From Octopus sinensis (Eukaryota), in NCBI RefSeq assembly GCF_006345805.1, contig NC_043014.1, forward strand, positions 35,836,001 through 35,900,000: a DNA stretch of 64,000 nt, in the 5' to 3' direction. The notes under the pieces were generated by a model. The model saw nothing but the letters and a program-made list of their open reading frames with translations, searched no databases and was not told the DNA's origin. Position numbers and translations under genes: made by a program. This document shows positions 50,480-62,341 of the stretch, piece by piece. Numbering within the stretch: the stretch's first letter is position 1; the number at the start of each line of letters is the position of its first letter.

Positions 50480-51418
50480 GGCATGCTACTGATCAGATTA
50501 CGAATCTTAGAATTTCTTGCCAAGCTTCTTGCAGTAATCTCAAAAGATATGACTTTCAGGATACTTTCCTGTTTTTTTTTTTTCGAAGTGTCCTGTCCAT
50601 TATGCCCCAGAGGTGTTCAATAGGGTTCATATCTGGTGACTAGCTTGGCCATGGAATTTTTATAATGCCATTCTTTTCCAACCAATCTTGGGTCATTTTA
50701 GCCATGTGACAAAAAGTCCCATCTTCCATAGATAAAAAATCGTCTTTAATCATTTCACTATGAGAGAAGATTGGAAGGAGTCTTTTCTGCAATATGGACA
50801 CATATTTATCTGAGTTTATGTTTCCACCACACTCCACCAGCTCTGATTGACTATTTCTCCAAATTACTCCCCAGACCATCGAAGAATAGCTGCCTTGTTT
50901 AATTGTTGGCAGCAATCTTTTCATGTCAAATTCTTGATCACAAAGTCTCCAGACCTACACACGAATACTGTCAGAAAATACAGCAAATCTGGACTCATCA
51001 GAGAATATGATAGTGTCCCAAAATGCAAGCGCCCATCATCTTACTAGCCTAATTTTTTCTCCACTTGATTTTGGCTGGTTGAAGAAGTGGCTTCCTTCTT
51101 GCAGCTCTGCCATAGTAGCCAAGTTCGTGGAGATACCTAACAGCCGTTTCTGGGGCTGACATCAACTGTTTTTCCTATGTCACAGGCCTTGCAATACGGA
51201 TTATCTTCTACAATTCACTTAAGAAAACAAAGGGTCCTATCAGAGGGCCCTGGTCCACCTGGGCAAGATGAAGTGGACTCATCCCCCTCTTTAGTGAATT
51301 GCACAATCACCCTATTAACTGTAGAAAACGGCATCCCGAGGTTTTCTTTAGATTGACCCACAATACGGCCTCTTTGAAATTAAGACAGTTCAAAGGCTGC
51401 TTCTTTTGTACGTGGCAT
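50480..51418 (-). mobile_element. Tc1-like (DD34E) transposase pseudogene
   Basis: MPRTKE...RGRIVG HTH start, then MVWGVI...NSDKY..IL, ED G..CH and WPS.SPDMNPIEHLW. Confidence 0.85.
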
Positions 51419-51747
51419 GATCAAACAACCAGATAAAGAACCTGAAACAAAAATGTCCATTAATAATAAAAAACTAAATCTTTTCAAATCAAAATAAACA
51501 TAAAACAATGTTTTATGGGACGTCTATTTACGTCTGTCATGTGTGTGTGTGTGTGTGTGCGTGTATACATATACATATACATACATAAATATATAAACAT
51601 ACATATATGCATACATATATATGTATAAATATATATGTATACATACACACATACATGTGCATATACATATATATGCATAAATATATATGTATACATACAC
51701 GCATACATATGATTATACATACAAATACACATATATATATATGTATG

Positions 51748-51785
<38 letters not shown>

Positions 51786-51788
<3 letters not shown>

Positions 51789-52145
51789 TGGTTGGACAAA
51801 ATAATGGAAACACCTTAAAATTTCAAACAGATTTATTTTAATATGGGGTAGGACCACCCTTGGTAGTAATTACAGTTTGAATTCTACGAGGTATGGACTC
51901 GTACAAAGTTTGAATTGTCTCCAAATGAATTTTTGATCATTCTTCAGCTAAAACAGTCACCAGTTGTTGTAGTGATGATGGTGGAAGATATCGACTCCTT
52001 GTTTTTCTAAAATGCGCCATAAATGTCCGATAATATTGAGATCTGAGGACAGTGGTGACCAGGTAAGATGTTCAACTTCACTAGAATGTTCCTCGTATCA
52101 TTCAGTAACAACTTTAGCAGTGTGAATGGGTGCATTATCATCCGT
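51786..52145 (-). mobile_element. Second Tc1-like element, 3' end with TIR
   Basis: TA|CAGTGGTTGGACAAAATAATGGAAACACC TIR. DNAPIHTAKVV...DLNII.HLW on the minus strand. Confidence 0.8.
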
Positions 52146-52199
52146 AACGCTTTACTTCCACACACGACAACTTAATTTAATCCGTCCTTAGTCGAAAGA

Positions 52200-52530
52200 C
52201 ACATGTTGTTATATCCTGTTATTTGCATTTGTATTTGTGTAACATTTCTTCATTTTTTCCGTCCTTGTTTTTGTATACATTCGCTGCTTTCTTCCAAAAA
52301 ATCTAATGTTCTTAGCTTAGTTTTTCCTTGGGGCTAGCCAAATTGAAGCAATCTTGAATATAACCAACCGAAATTGCAAAGATAATCTGGAACTCGACTG
52401 AGGAAAGAAAACTCCGAATGACCCGTCCTTGTTTCCTTTGCATCGTCTGTGTGGATGTTTTGTTGTCCCTTTTTTGTATCACCTAGATGTTTGGATGTTT
52501 AGCGTTCTTGTCCCATTTTGTATTTTATAT
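52200..52530 (+). mobile_element. PLE-like terminal-repeat fragment (58-kb family, diverged)
   Basis: AATCTAATG..AGCTTAGTTTTT..GGGGCT...CCGAAATTGC homology. Ends in TA repeats. Confidence 0.5.
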
Positions 52531-52944
52531 ATATAAAGAACGATTTATTGCCAACCTAATGTGGCAGTCCCATTTCGGGGCGAATTCTACTGGGTTTAGC
52601 CCCTAGGAGACATCGTCTCAAGCTGGCTATACTCCACACGATCTGCGTCCTTATATTTTCATTACTTTAATGTGCTACTACTGAATATCTCTCATTGATT
52701 AAGGAACAACAATGTTTCTCTCCCCCCTCTCTCTCACTCTCTATACACACACACACACGTATGTAACGAGGGTGAAGGTTTATATATATATATATATATA
52801 TATATCACGTCACGTGATCACGTGACCGACCAGACAGTCAAATGTTGCTACACATCGCTGGTCACAATGCGTTCACATTGTTTTAGCCTTCGAAAGACGC
52901 CACCCCGCTAAGCGAGCAGGCATATATATATATATATGTTAAAT

Positions 52945-53800
52945 CCAGCTTAGAGAAGAGGAAGAACGAAACGAAACGAATCGAATCGAATCGACGCGAG
53001 GGCGCTCAGTCATACACTATACATGTAGATGTAGGTACGTACATATATGTTTGTATGTATGCATATATTTTATTTATTACACTATTGTATGACTGAGCGC
53101 CCTCGCGTCGATTCGATTCGATTCGTTTCGTTTCGTTCTTCCTCTTTTCTAAGCTGGTTTTTATATATAATTATGACGCGAAACTCTATAACTCCTTCTT
53201 CTCTCATTCTTTCACCCTCTTTGGCTTCCTTCCTCTCTATCTCTCTCTCTCACTCCTCCTCATCTCTCTCACAACCGGGTCGACGAACTTCCTTTCCTTG
53301 GCGGCCTTCTTCAAGTAAACATGTTTCTTCCTGCGCTCGTGAAAAAATGTTTTCCCCGTCTAGGCTTATAGGCCCTCATTATTTGTTTTCCTGTCCTGTT
53401 TCTATTCCTTCTTGTACTGTATTTTTTGTAATTGTATTTTTATTTTGTATTTGTTTTTAATTGTATTGTTTTTACATCCTGTTTTTGTCACATTTTTTTC
53501 CTTGTTTTTACCCCTCTGCAAAGGAATTTTATTTAATTCTTTCGCAGGAAGTACTAGTTCGACGAGACGTGTTCTGTCCTCACCTTCGAAACACGCTGGA
53601 GTTGAACTAGGGACAGCTGATGAAGGGAATTTTTCCTCGTGTAGTTGTCTTGTACTCTGTTTTTTCGTTGTTAAAAAAATGGTCCGTTCCATGCTGTTTT
53701 TACTTTTTCGTTTCTCGTTGAGTTCTACGTCTATTTGTGGTGTCCTGTACACACGTATATATATTTATATATGCATGTATATATACATGTAGATGTAGGT
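52945..53800 (+). mobile_element. PLE-like pseudo-LTR (42-kb family), permuted tandem with inverted 5' duplication
   Basis: Inverted arms 52945-53016 and 53086-53157. The segment CATGTAGATGTAGGTAC is repeated at ~53022 and ~53785. Confidence 0.6.
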
Positions 53801-53860
53801 ACTTAATTTAGGTGCATCAGAATTTTCTATGGTGTTATCCATAAAAATTTGTGGGGTGAT

Positions 53861-53981
53861 TATAATCAAAATAAGCAACAAGAATGACTCCGGTAATTTG
53901 GTATAATTATTTCGCACTACAGTAGTACGAAACAATTGTACCAAATTGCCGGAGTCATTCTTGTTGCTTATTTTGATTATA
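53861..53981 (+). mobile_element. PLE 3' end fold-back containing the 3' half of a hammerhead
   Basis: 60-bp arms with a 1-nt loop. GAAAC-AATT-GTA at 53929-53940. TGTTGCTTATTTTGATTA tail shared with ~55695-55710. Confidence 0.6.
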
Positions 53982-54664
53982 TATATATATATGCAAAGCA
54001 TGCACTGTATGGCTTACTATTTTTCCAGAATAAATAACTTTAGTGCAATTTAAAGTTTATCATCGATATATTTTCATTATCCTCGTTGTTATTTATTTTC
54101 TTGTTTTTTTCTTCTTTTTTATATTACTCATTCCTTCATTTATTAGTATGAAATGAAAACAATCGGGTTTATTTTTTTTTAGATCCTGGTTGCTGAGCGA
54201 GAAAGAAGAAAAAGCAGTGAATTAATCACCGTTTTTTTTTTTTTTGTTTTTCTTTGTGACGGAGCAGTCAAAAAAGAGGAAGGCAAAAGGAGCGTCAAAG
54301 AGATTACCAAACCAAACGACTAAAGAGGAAGAATGATAGAGCGAAGCAAATTTTTCACTGTTTGACCTTTAGCCAACAAACACGCAGTGAACAAGCGTTT
54401 ACTCAGTTTGCAAATTTGTTTTATTGCTGATTTCGTACGATTATGCAGTACTGAAGAGTATATATTTCATTTTTTATCTTTTACTTGCTTTAGTTATTAG
54501 AATGCAACCATGGTGGGGCACTGCCTTGAAGAATTTTTAGTCGAATGAATCGACTCCAGTACTTTTTTAAAGCCTGGTATAGATAGAATAGAATGTATAT
54601 ATACGTATGTATATATATAATATATTATATTATATTATATTATATTATATCATATATGTATATT

Positions 54665-54743
<79 letters not shown>

Positions 54744-54772
54744 TATGTTTAAAAGGGGGAAGGCCGGTTAAT

Positions 54773-54833
54773 GGGATTACTTTAGGTTTCCCGTCCATAA
54801 AGAGTCTAGCTTTATGGCATATCGTCAGATCCC
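54773..54833 (-). ncRNA. Type I hammerhead ribozyme in a PLE 3' UTR
   Basis: GGGAT-CTGACGA-tatg CCATAAAG ctagact CTTTATGG acgg-GAAAC-CTAAA-GTA-ATCCC. The core-proximal stem II is imperfect. Confidence 0.72.
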
Positions 54834-54870
54834 AAAACCTAGGAATATGGAAGAAGAAATACCTCACTAC

Positions 54871-55260
54871 TCAAAGGTATCGACTTCCTGATGTGCCGCC
54901 ATCTTCTGGGCTCCAATAGGCTAACAGGAATGTCTTGAAATATAAACATAGCCCGAAAATCTCCGTTCTGGAGTTCAGGATATTCCCTGTTTCTAGGGCG
55001 TCCTTTAGGATTCTCGCCCGTTCCGCTATGCATAATTTGCATCATTTTCTCCCGTTGATGTAGGGGCCTGAGCTTTCGTGGATTTTCCATGAAATCGAGT
55101 ATGGAATCCCATTGTCTCTCAGCTGCCATACAAGGCTGGCTAATGATGTTACGTATCTCCTTTCCGGATCTCTGAAGAAGGAGCTGTTGTTGGAGAGATA
55201 TTGCTTGAATGAGTTTCCGGAACATCCGATATCCAGTTGACTACTCCTAATGTCTTCTCT
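54871..55260 (-). pseudogene. Penelope-like element GIY-YIG endonuclease, C-terminal part
   Basis: LDIG.SGNSFKQ...SLASLVWQL...ISWKI...Y.NGRK*CKLCIAE...LNSRTEI...FLL, with one in-frame stop. Confidence 0.8.
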
Positions 55261-55329
55261 CCTCCCCGAGGAAAACGGGTACATATGACAATATTTATGA
55301 CCATACCTAGCCATGAGCTGTCAACTCAC

Positions 55330-55712
55330 TGTCAACTGCCTTTTATTCAAAGCAGACACAGTCTTCTAGGCTTAGATTTAGTAGTTGATAAAGAGATAAA
55401 TGAATTAGAAATGAATTACAATCCTTTACAAGCTATGACCCCAATGGACTTCATGCGATTCTAGGAAGTGTAATCTATTCTTAGCTACACTATCGACAAC
55501 ATCAATTCCTTCCATTTTGCTCTGTTAAAGTATTTGAGAAAAATTATATTAATGTGTCCGACTGGTTAAAATTCTATTTATTTATTTGTGCAGCTGAGGA
55601 TGGCACTGCATTTAAATTGATGTAATGATTGTATTGTTCAATTAAATGGAGCCGCTTGAAACGGTTGTACTGCATCATTACTTGATATCCTGTTGCTTAT
55701 TTTGATTATATA
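55330..55712 (+). mobile_element. Second PLE 3' end (different EN type) with hammerhead
   Basis: IRNELQSFTSYDPNGL resembles the Penelope-type L.T..P.GLN terminus. Followed by a hammerhead, the TTATTTTGATTA tail and (TA)n. Confidence 0.55.
55589..55674 (+). ncRNA. Type I hammerhead ribozyme, long stem II, imperfect
   Basis: TGCAG-CTGAGGA-TGGC...GCCG ctt-GAAAC-GGTT-GTA-CTGCA. Confidence 0.6.
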
Positions 55713-56354
55713 TGTATACATATATATACGAAGGGCTCCTTTTAGTTTCCGTCTACCAAGTCCATTCACAAGGCTTTGGTCGGCCTGGGGCTTTAGTAGA
55801 AGGCATATAATAGAAGACTCACAGCTACGCCTGCACCTAAAACTTGCGGCTGGGAAACAAACTTATTATACAGAATTTCATGGTTTTCGCAAATTAGATG
55901 GCTAATGGATTAATTTTAAATAATTCTGAAACTATCCCCGGTTAAATTCTGGCTACGCCCAAGTATTTGATGTAAGTCAAACCGTTTTTATAGTTTAATC
56001 TCAGGTCAGTCTTGATTGAATAGAATAAACCGTGCTCCAGTTTTGACAACCCCATCCTTCTCCAGTGCAGTGCATACGTAAAACTACATAAAATTGAAAC
56101 CGTTAAGTGCTTTCCTGTAATTATTGCCATCTTTAATGAAACGATTCATTTCATAAAATGCTTATTTTTATAAATCACACTTTGTATCATTATGACTATT
56201 TCACATAGAAATGAAATAGTGCTCTATATAAGGCAACCCACCGACTAGAAAATTTAATACCCTTGTAATAAGTAAATAGACAAAAATAACATGTGAATCC
56301 TATGCATCATGTTCCTTATAATTTCGAATTTAAAATTCTAATCCCGCCAAATAT

Positions 56355-56601
56355 TATTTTCTACTCTAGGCACAAGGCCCGAAATTTTGGTGGAGGTGGG
56401 GGCAGTCGATTAGATCGACTTCAGCACGCAACTGGTACCTAATTTATCGATCTCGAAAGGATGAAAGGCGAAGTCGACCTCGGCGGAATTTGAAATCAGA
56501 ACGTAAAGACAGACGAAATACCTATTTCTTTATTACCCACAAGGGGCTAAACACAGAGGGGACAAACAAGGACAGATATAGGTATTAAGTCGATTAAATC
56601 G
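56355..56601 (-). mobile_element. SINE family B, partial tandem copies, cut by the gap
   Basis: Nin-like segment at 56405-56515, followed by a second copy. Confidence 0.8.
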
Positions 56602-56701
56602 NNNNNNNNNNNNNNNNNNNNNNNNNNNNNNNNNNNNNNNNNNNNNNNNNNNNNNNNNNNNNNNNNNNNNNNNNNNNNNNNNNNNNNNNNNNNNNNNNNN
56701 N
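56602..56701. other. Assembly gap (100 N)
   Basis: Direct inspection. Confidence 1.
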
Positions 56702-57795
56702 TGTAGGGAAGGATTTTTAATTGTTCTTTTTTTTGGTTTTGTTTGTCTCAGGTCTTCTATACTTAATTTAAGTGCCCGTTGGATTGCACTGTCTATTAGG
56801 GGCTGTGGATAGTTTCTGTTTGTGAGTGTGGTTCTAAGTTCCTGGAGACGTGTGTGTCGGGTGTTTGTGTCTGATATTATGGTGCAAATCCTTCTAGCTA
56901 GACGAAAAAGGGACATTTATTCTAGTGTGTCGTGGGTGGCATGAATCAAAGGGTAGGTCCTGTGTGGGAGTCTGTCGGTTTATAATAGATATCTGTCCCT
57001 ATTTTGTTGCCGGTTTTCTTAATGAGGGTGTCTAAAAATGGTAATTCTTCTTCGTTATGATCCATCGTGATTGTATATTATATTTAATTCCATTTAATAG
57101 TATTTTAAATTCCTCAAGTTTCTCTATACTTTTATCCAGATGATGAAACACAGTCGTCGAGTATCTTTTCCAGTTGTTCTGGATATAGGTGGAGAAGGTG
57201 TTCCATATTTCTCGAGTGTTATCTGGTAGAGTATTTTCTCGAGGTATCCCATCACTAGGTTGGCAAAAGAAGCGCAGTACGCGTGCCCATCGCTGTTCCC
57301 GATCTTGTCGGTAGAAATTATTGTCAAAAATAAAGTAATTGTTTTCTAAAATAAATCTAAGTCCTTCTATTATGAGATCTTTGTTATGTGCGAGTTGGGA
57401 GTTCAAAGGAGTAGTTATTCAGCCAGAAGGTGATCGCTTCTATTCCTAGGTTTGAGGGATGTTAGAATAAAGTTTAACTACGTCGATGATACTAGAAGGG
57501 TTTTCTCATTGACTGTTTCAGGGAGGTGGTTGAGCATGTCTATATCGTCTCTTACGTAGCTTTTGATGTGTTTTAGGAAAGGTTTAAGAAGTGTGTCTAA
57601 GAAATTGCTGAGCGGTGAGTCTCACATGCTGGCCCTGCTGTTATCGGTCTAAGTTTAAGATCATTTGGTGAAGGGATTTTGATGAGTATATCGTATATGT
57701 TTTGCATGTTTCTCTAATTATTTGGCTTTTGTGAACTTTAGGGATACCATAGAACAAACTCGATTTGCACTTGAAGTTAGTGATGTATTCATACT
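56702..57795 (-). pseudogene. Penelope-like element reverse transcriptase, frameshifted
   Basis: LRPITAGP...SNFLD.LLKP, ILENNYF.F, SGTAMGTR.A.SFANL.MG and LARRICTIISD...RNYP motifs. Confidence 0.88.
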
Positions 57796-57849
57796 CCTAT
57801 TATATATATATTATAATATATATATCTATATATATATAAATATATATAT

Positions 57850-57894
<45 letters not shown>

Positions 57895-57898
<4 letters not shown>

Positions 57899-59402
57899 CT
57901 TCGAATGATTTGTCTGTGTTCCGTGTTCGTCCCTTCCTGTATTTCACGTTCATTATATATAAAAACATTCATTCTTATATTATTGCGGCGTTACGTGCAC
58001 CCCCCCGTTTGTTTGTCCAATTTTTAAACCCTGCACGACTTCTATACACACTGTCTTTTACTACCCGCCATTGCTTCTTCACCAAACTTTTTGGCGCCCT
58101 CCGATTCTTCCCCTCTCTTCCTCCCATCCTCCTCCCCTCTTCCTCCCATCCTCCTTAATCCCTTCTTTTTCCTTTTCTCTTGGTCACTGATTCTGTCCCC
58201 TGCCTTCCACCCTCTTTGATTCCCTCTCTCTCTGTCTCTCTTTCTCTCTCTCCTGCGACCTGCTGCTTCTTAAACCATTCTGTTGGCCTTCGTATCTCGA
58301 CCAACATGTGTCCCGCTACCGAAACGGTAATTATTTCTACGCCAGCTATGTTGTTGTTGTGTTTTGTCTCATTTGGTCTAAAGTCGTATGACAACCACCG
58401 TTATATATGTTTTGTTTATTCATTACTGTTTTCAATTTCGTTTTCGTCTCTTGTATTCACATCCGTCTTGTGCGTTCACATTCCTGTCTTCTACCAGAAA
58501 TCTAATGCTTACAGCTTAGTTTTTTTCTTGGGGCTGGCCGAGTTGGAGCAAATATCAGAATTGAACAGCCGAAATTTGCTATGATGATTCGGTGTCTGAC
58601 TGAAGATTGAAGGCTTCGAATGATTTGTCTGTGTTCCGTGTTCGTCCCTTCCTGTATTTCACGTTCATTATATATAAAACATTCATTCTATATTATTGCG
58701 GTTACGTGCACCCCCCCGTTGTTTGTCCAATTTTAAACCCTGCACGACTTCTATACACACTGTCTTTCTACCCGCCATTGCTCTTTTCACCAAACTTTTT
58801 GGCGCCCTCCGATTCTTCCCCTCCTTCCTCCCATCCTCCTCCCCTCTTCCTCCCATCCTCCTTAATCCCTTCTTTTTCTTTTCTCTTGGTCACTGATTCT
58901 GTCCCCCTGCCTTCCCCCTCTTTGATTCCCTCTCTCTCTGTCTCTCTTTCTCTCTCTCCTGCGACCTGCTGCTTCTTAAACCATTCTGTTGGCCTTCGTA
59001 TCTCGACCAACATGTGTCCCCGCTACCGAAACGGTAATTATTTCTACGCCAGCTATGTTGTTGTTGTGTTTTTGTCTCATTTGGTCTAAAGTCGTATGAC
59101 AACCACCGTTATATATGTTCTGTTTATTCATTACTGTTTTCAATTTCGTTTTCGTCTCTTGTATTCACATCCGTCTTGTGCGTTCCACATTCCTTTCTCT
59201 ACCAAGAAATCTAATGCTTACAGCTTAGTTTTTTTTTCTTGGGGCTGGCCGAGTTGGAGCAAATATCAGAATTGACAGCCGAAATTTTGCTATGATGATT
59301 CGGTGTCTGACTGAAGATTGAAGGCTTCGAATGATTTGTCTGTGTTCCGTGTTCGTCCCTTCCTGTATTTCACGTTCATTATATATAAAAACATTCATTC
59401 TT
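57895..59402 (+). repeat. Tandem array of a ~715-bp PLE-like unit (2.1 copies)
   Basis: Units start at 57895, 58610 and 59321 and differ mostly by homopolymer indels. (TA)n on both sides. Confidence 0.85.
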
Positions 59403-59854
59403 ATATATATATATATATATATACGATGAGCTTCTTTCAGTTTCTGTCTACCAAATCCACTCACGAGGCTTTGGACGGTCCGAGGGTATAGCAGAAGGTA
59501 TTTGCCCCTCAAGTGTCGCGCAGTGGGACTGAACCCGGAGCCATATGGTTGGGAAGCAAGCTTCTTACCACACAGCTACGTCTGCGGCAGCCATTATCGT
59601 CACAGCATAACAACCGGTAACTTAGAGAGTTGGCCAAAGAGAAACCGATAGAATAAACTCAATACTTTAAAAAATAAGTACTGAGGGCGATCTGTTCCAC
59701 TTAATTCTTGAAGGCAATGCTCGAATATGGTTGCAGTCGAATGACTAGAACGAGTAAATGATAAAAGATAATATATTAACATACGACATTTTCCTGAATT
59801 TTTGTGTGTTTTTAATTTTCGTTTTAATTCAATGTCATCTTTTATCTCTTATTA

Positions 59855-60200
59855 CCGTATATACTCGGGTATAAGACGCACTTTTTTCCCCCTGAAAGTT
59901 TCACCTAAAGATGGGGGCACGACTTATAAGCGCACCCTATAAAAAAAAATTTCAGGTATTTTCTAGGTACAAGCCACGTCTGAAGTTCCCACACTTGGAA
60001 TAAACGAAAAGGATAAAATTTTACATTATGAACAACGGTTTCTAAACTGCATGGACTTAAAGGGATAAAAGTTGTTGTAGGTAATTTTCAGCTTACTGAA
60101 AGCTCGGTTACCGAACAACAACTATGTCGGGGCGATTCCTAATCAAACTTTGCTCTCCGACATAAAAAAGTCGCTGCGGCTTATAGTCGAGTATATACGG
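59855..60200. mobile_element. pogo/Tigger-like MITE
   Basis: TIR CCGTATATACTCG..TATAAG. TA on the left, TG on the right. Confidence 0.75.
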
Positions 60201-60784
60201 TGACCTTGTGACTTTGTTCTTTAACTTACTGTAAAACAAGCATTTCAGAAGTGTAAGAGAAGAATAAGGTATGCGAACAGTTTACGATTTATAAGATATC
60301 TTAACAGGGAAAGATTTTCAGTTCAGGTGGTTGTGTGATTGACAAGCTGTTTCTCAAGCATGTGGGCCCAGTCCTACTGCGTAGAGTCTAGGGCGAGTAT
60401 CTTTTACTATATCTCCGGGCCGTCCAAATTCTAGTGAGTAGATTTGGTAGATGGAAATTGAAAGAAGATTGTCGTATACATAGACATATATGTGCGTGCG
60501 TGTGTGTGTGTGTGAGTGTGTATGTGTGTATTTGTGCGTGCGTGTATGTGTGTATGAGTGTGTGTGTGTTGTGTGTGTGTGTGAGTGTGTGTGTGTGTGT
60601 GTGTGTTATGTTTATCGCCCACCACTGCTTCACAACTGGTGTTTGTTTACGTTCCTGTAACATACCGGTCCGGTAAAAGAAACGATAGAAAAAGTGTCAG
60701 ACTTTAAAAACAATAAATATAAAAGTACTGGGATCGATTTCTTCGACTGGACCCTGTGATTCCTATTTTACTTGGATAAACCCT

Positions 60785-62130
60785 ATATTCATTCGTTGTT
60801 TAAAAAACTATTATATTTTTATAATTATTAAGTCGTCAAGTATGAAATTTGTAGTAAGGTATATGGTAAATTTTGACAGCTGCTCATTTTGCGCCATTAT
60901 TATATTTTGACAATCTTTACTACTTTGTTAGAAAGCTGATACATATATTTCTTCATTCTAACTCATTTTGCACTTTATAAAGTATTTATAAATCGTTTTT
61001 TGCTATTTTTGTTTAGAGATAAGTCGGAAATTCGTACAGTTTTGAAATATGAGTTCTTTCTAGGAAATACAGCATCACAGACAGCTCGGAATATTAATGG
61101 AGCATTTCATTCTAATGTTATTACACAGCAGACAATATCAAATTGGTTTAGAAAATTTTGTTCTGGTAACTTTGACCTCATAAATGAGCAACGCGATTAC
61201 CAGACTTAATAATTAAAAAAATATAATAGTTTTTTAAACAACGAATGAATATGAGGGCTCATCCGAGTAAAAAAATGGATAATGACGAACTGAAAGCCAC
61301 CGTCTAGTCAGATCCATCTCAAAGTGCCCGTGAATTATCGTTGTTGTTTGGTGTTAGCAAGCAAACAATATTAGTTCACCTAGTTCAAATCGGTAAAGTG
61401 AAAAATTTGGATAAGTGGTCTACATGAACTCAATGAAAATCAGAAACAGCAACGTTTGGAAGCCTATGTTATGCTACTTTCTCGTCACAAAATTGAATTA
61501 TTTTTTAATCGAATTGTAATATGTGATAAGAAATAGATCCAATACAACAACTGTAAACGTTCAGCACAATGGTTGGACAAAGACGAGCCACCAAAACACA
61601 ATCCAAAAAGCAAAATTCATCAAAAGAAGCTGATGGTGTGTGTTTGGTGGTCTGGCGCAGTTGTGGTCCATTATGATTTCATTAAACCTGACTCATCAAG
61701 TACGGCTGTAGTATACTGTAGCCAACTGGACCAAATAATGCAGAAAATTACAAAAAAAAACAACCCCAGCCTAGATTAGTTAACAGATCCACTCCTATTT
61801 TATTGCAAGACAACGCCAAACCACACTTCGCAAAAATGACATTAGTGAAACTACAAGAGTTGGAGTTGGAAGTTCTCCATCATCCACCATACTCACCTGA
61901 CCTTTCCCCCACTGACTACCACTTTTTTCTGAATTTGGATAACGTTTCGACAGGAAAAAAATTTAATTCCGACGATGTTGTAAAACAGGCCTTCCAAGAT
62001 TTTATTGTCCGGGCTGGACAAGCTACCGCTGAAATGGCAAAAGTGTATTGACAATAAGGGTGTTGATGAATTATACTATTTCATTTTTACCTTTTTACAA
62101 ATTTCATACTTGACGACGTAGTAGATATAG
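60785..62130 (+). mobile_element. mariner (DD34D) transposase pseudogene
   Basis: YEF..G..A.Q.ARNI, WFRKF.SG.F, KLMVCVWW, QDNAKPH and HPPYSPDLSPTDYHFF motifs, with stops and frameshifts. Confidence 0.9.
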
Positions 62131-62341
62131 TTAGGAATTGTGTTAAAACCTGGTTAAAATAGTTTGTGCATTGTAGAAGTATAACTAATTCATTCTACAT
62201 AAATTGTAACAACAATACCTTGTATGGACCCACAAGAGTCATACGGACTTTAGTTGAGAAGCGCTGGAGTAAACCCTTCGAGGAAATGCTCCACCATGAC
62301 CGCAGCCCAATGACTGAGACAGGTCAAAGAAATAAATATAT

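Noticed and set aside
55042-55044. In-frame TGA as selenocysteine (as reported for some Naiad PLEs)
   Set aside because: It precedes the conserved Cys of CxLC instead of replacing it, which fits a CGA-to-TGA CpG decay of an Arg codon.
58530-58625. Hammerhead in the 58-kb family (CAGCC-GAAA...CTGAAGA...GAAT)
   Set aside because: The core halves are in an order and pairing that do not give valid stems I-III in any of the three copies.
57895-59402. CRISPR array or satellite gene
   Set aside because: Long identical units with no unique spacers, in a eukaryotic repeat context.
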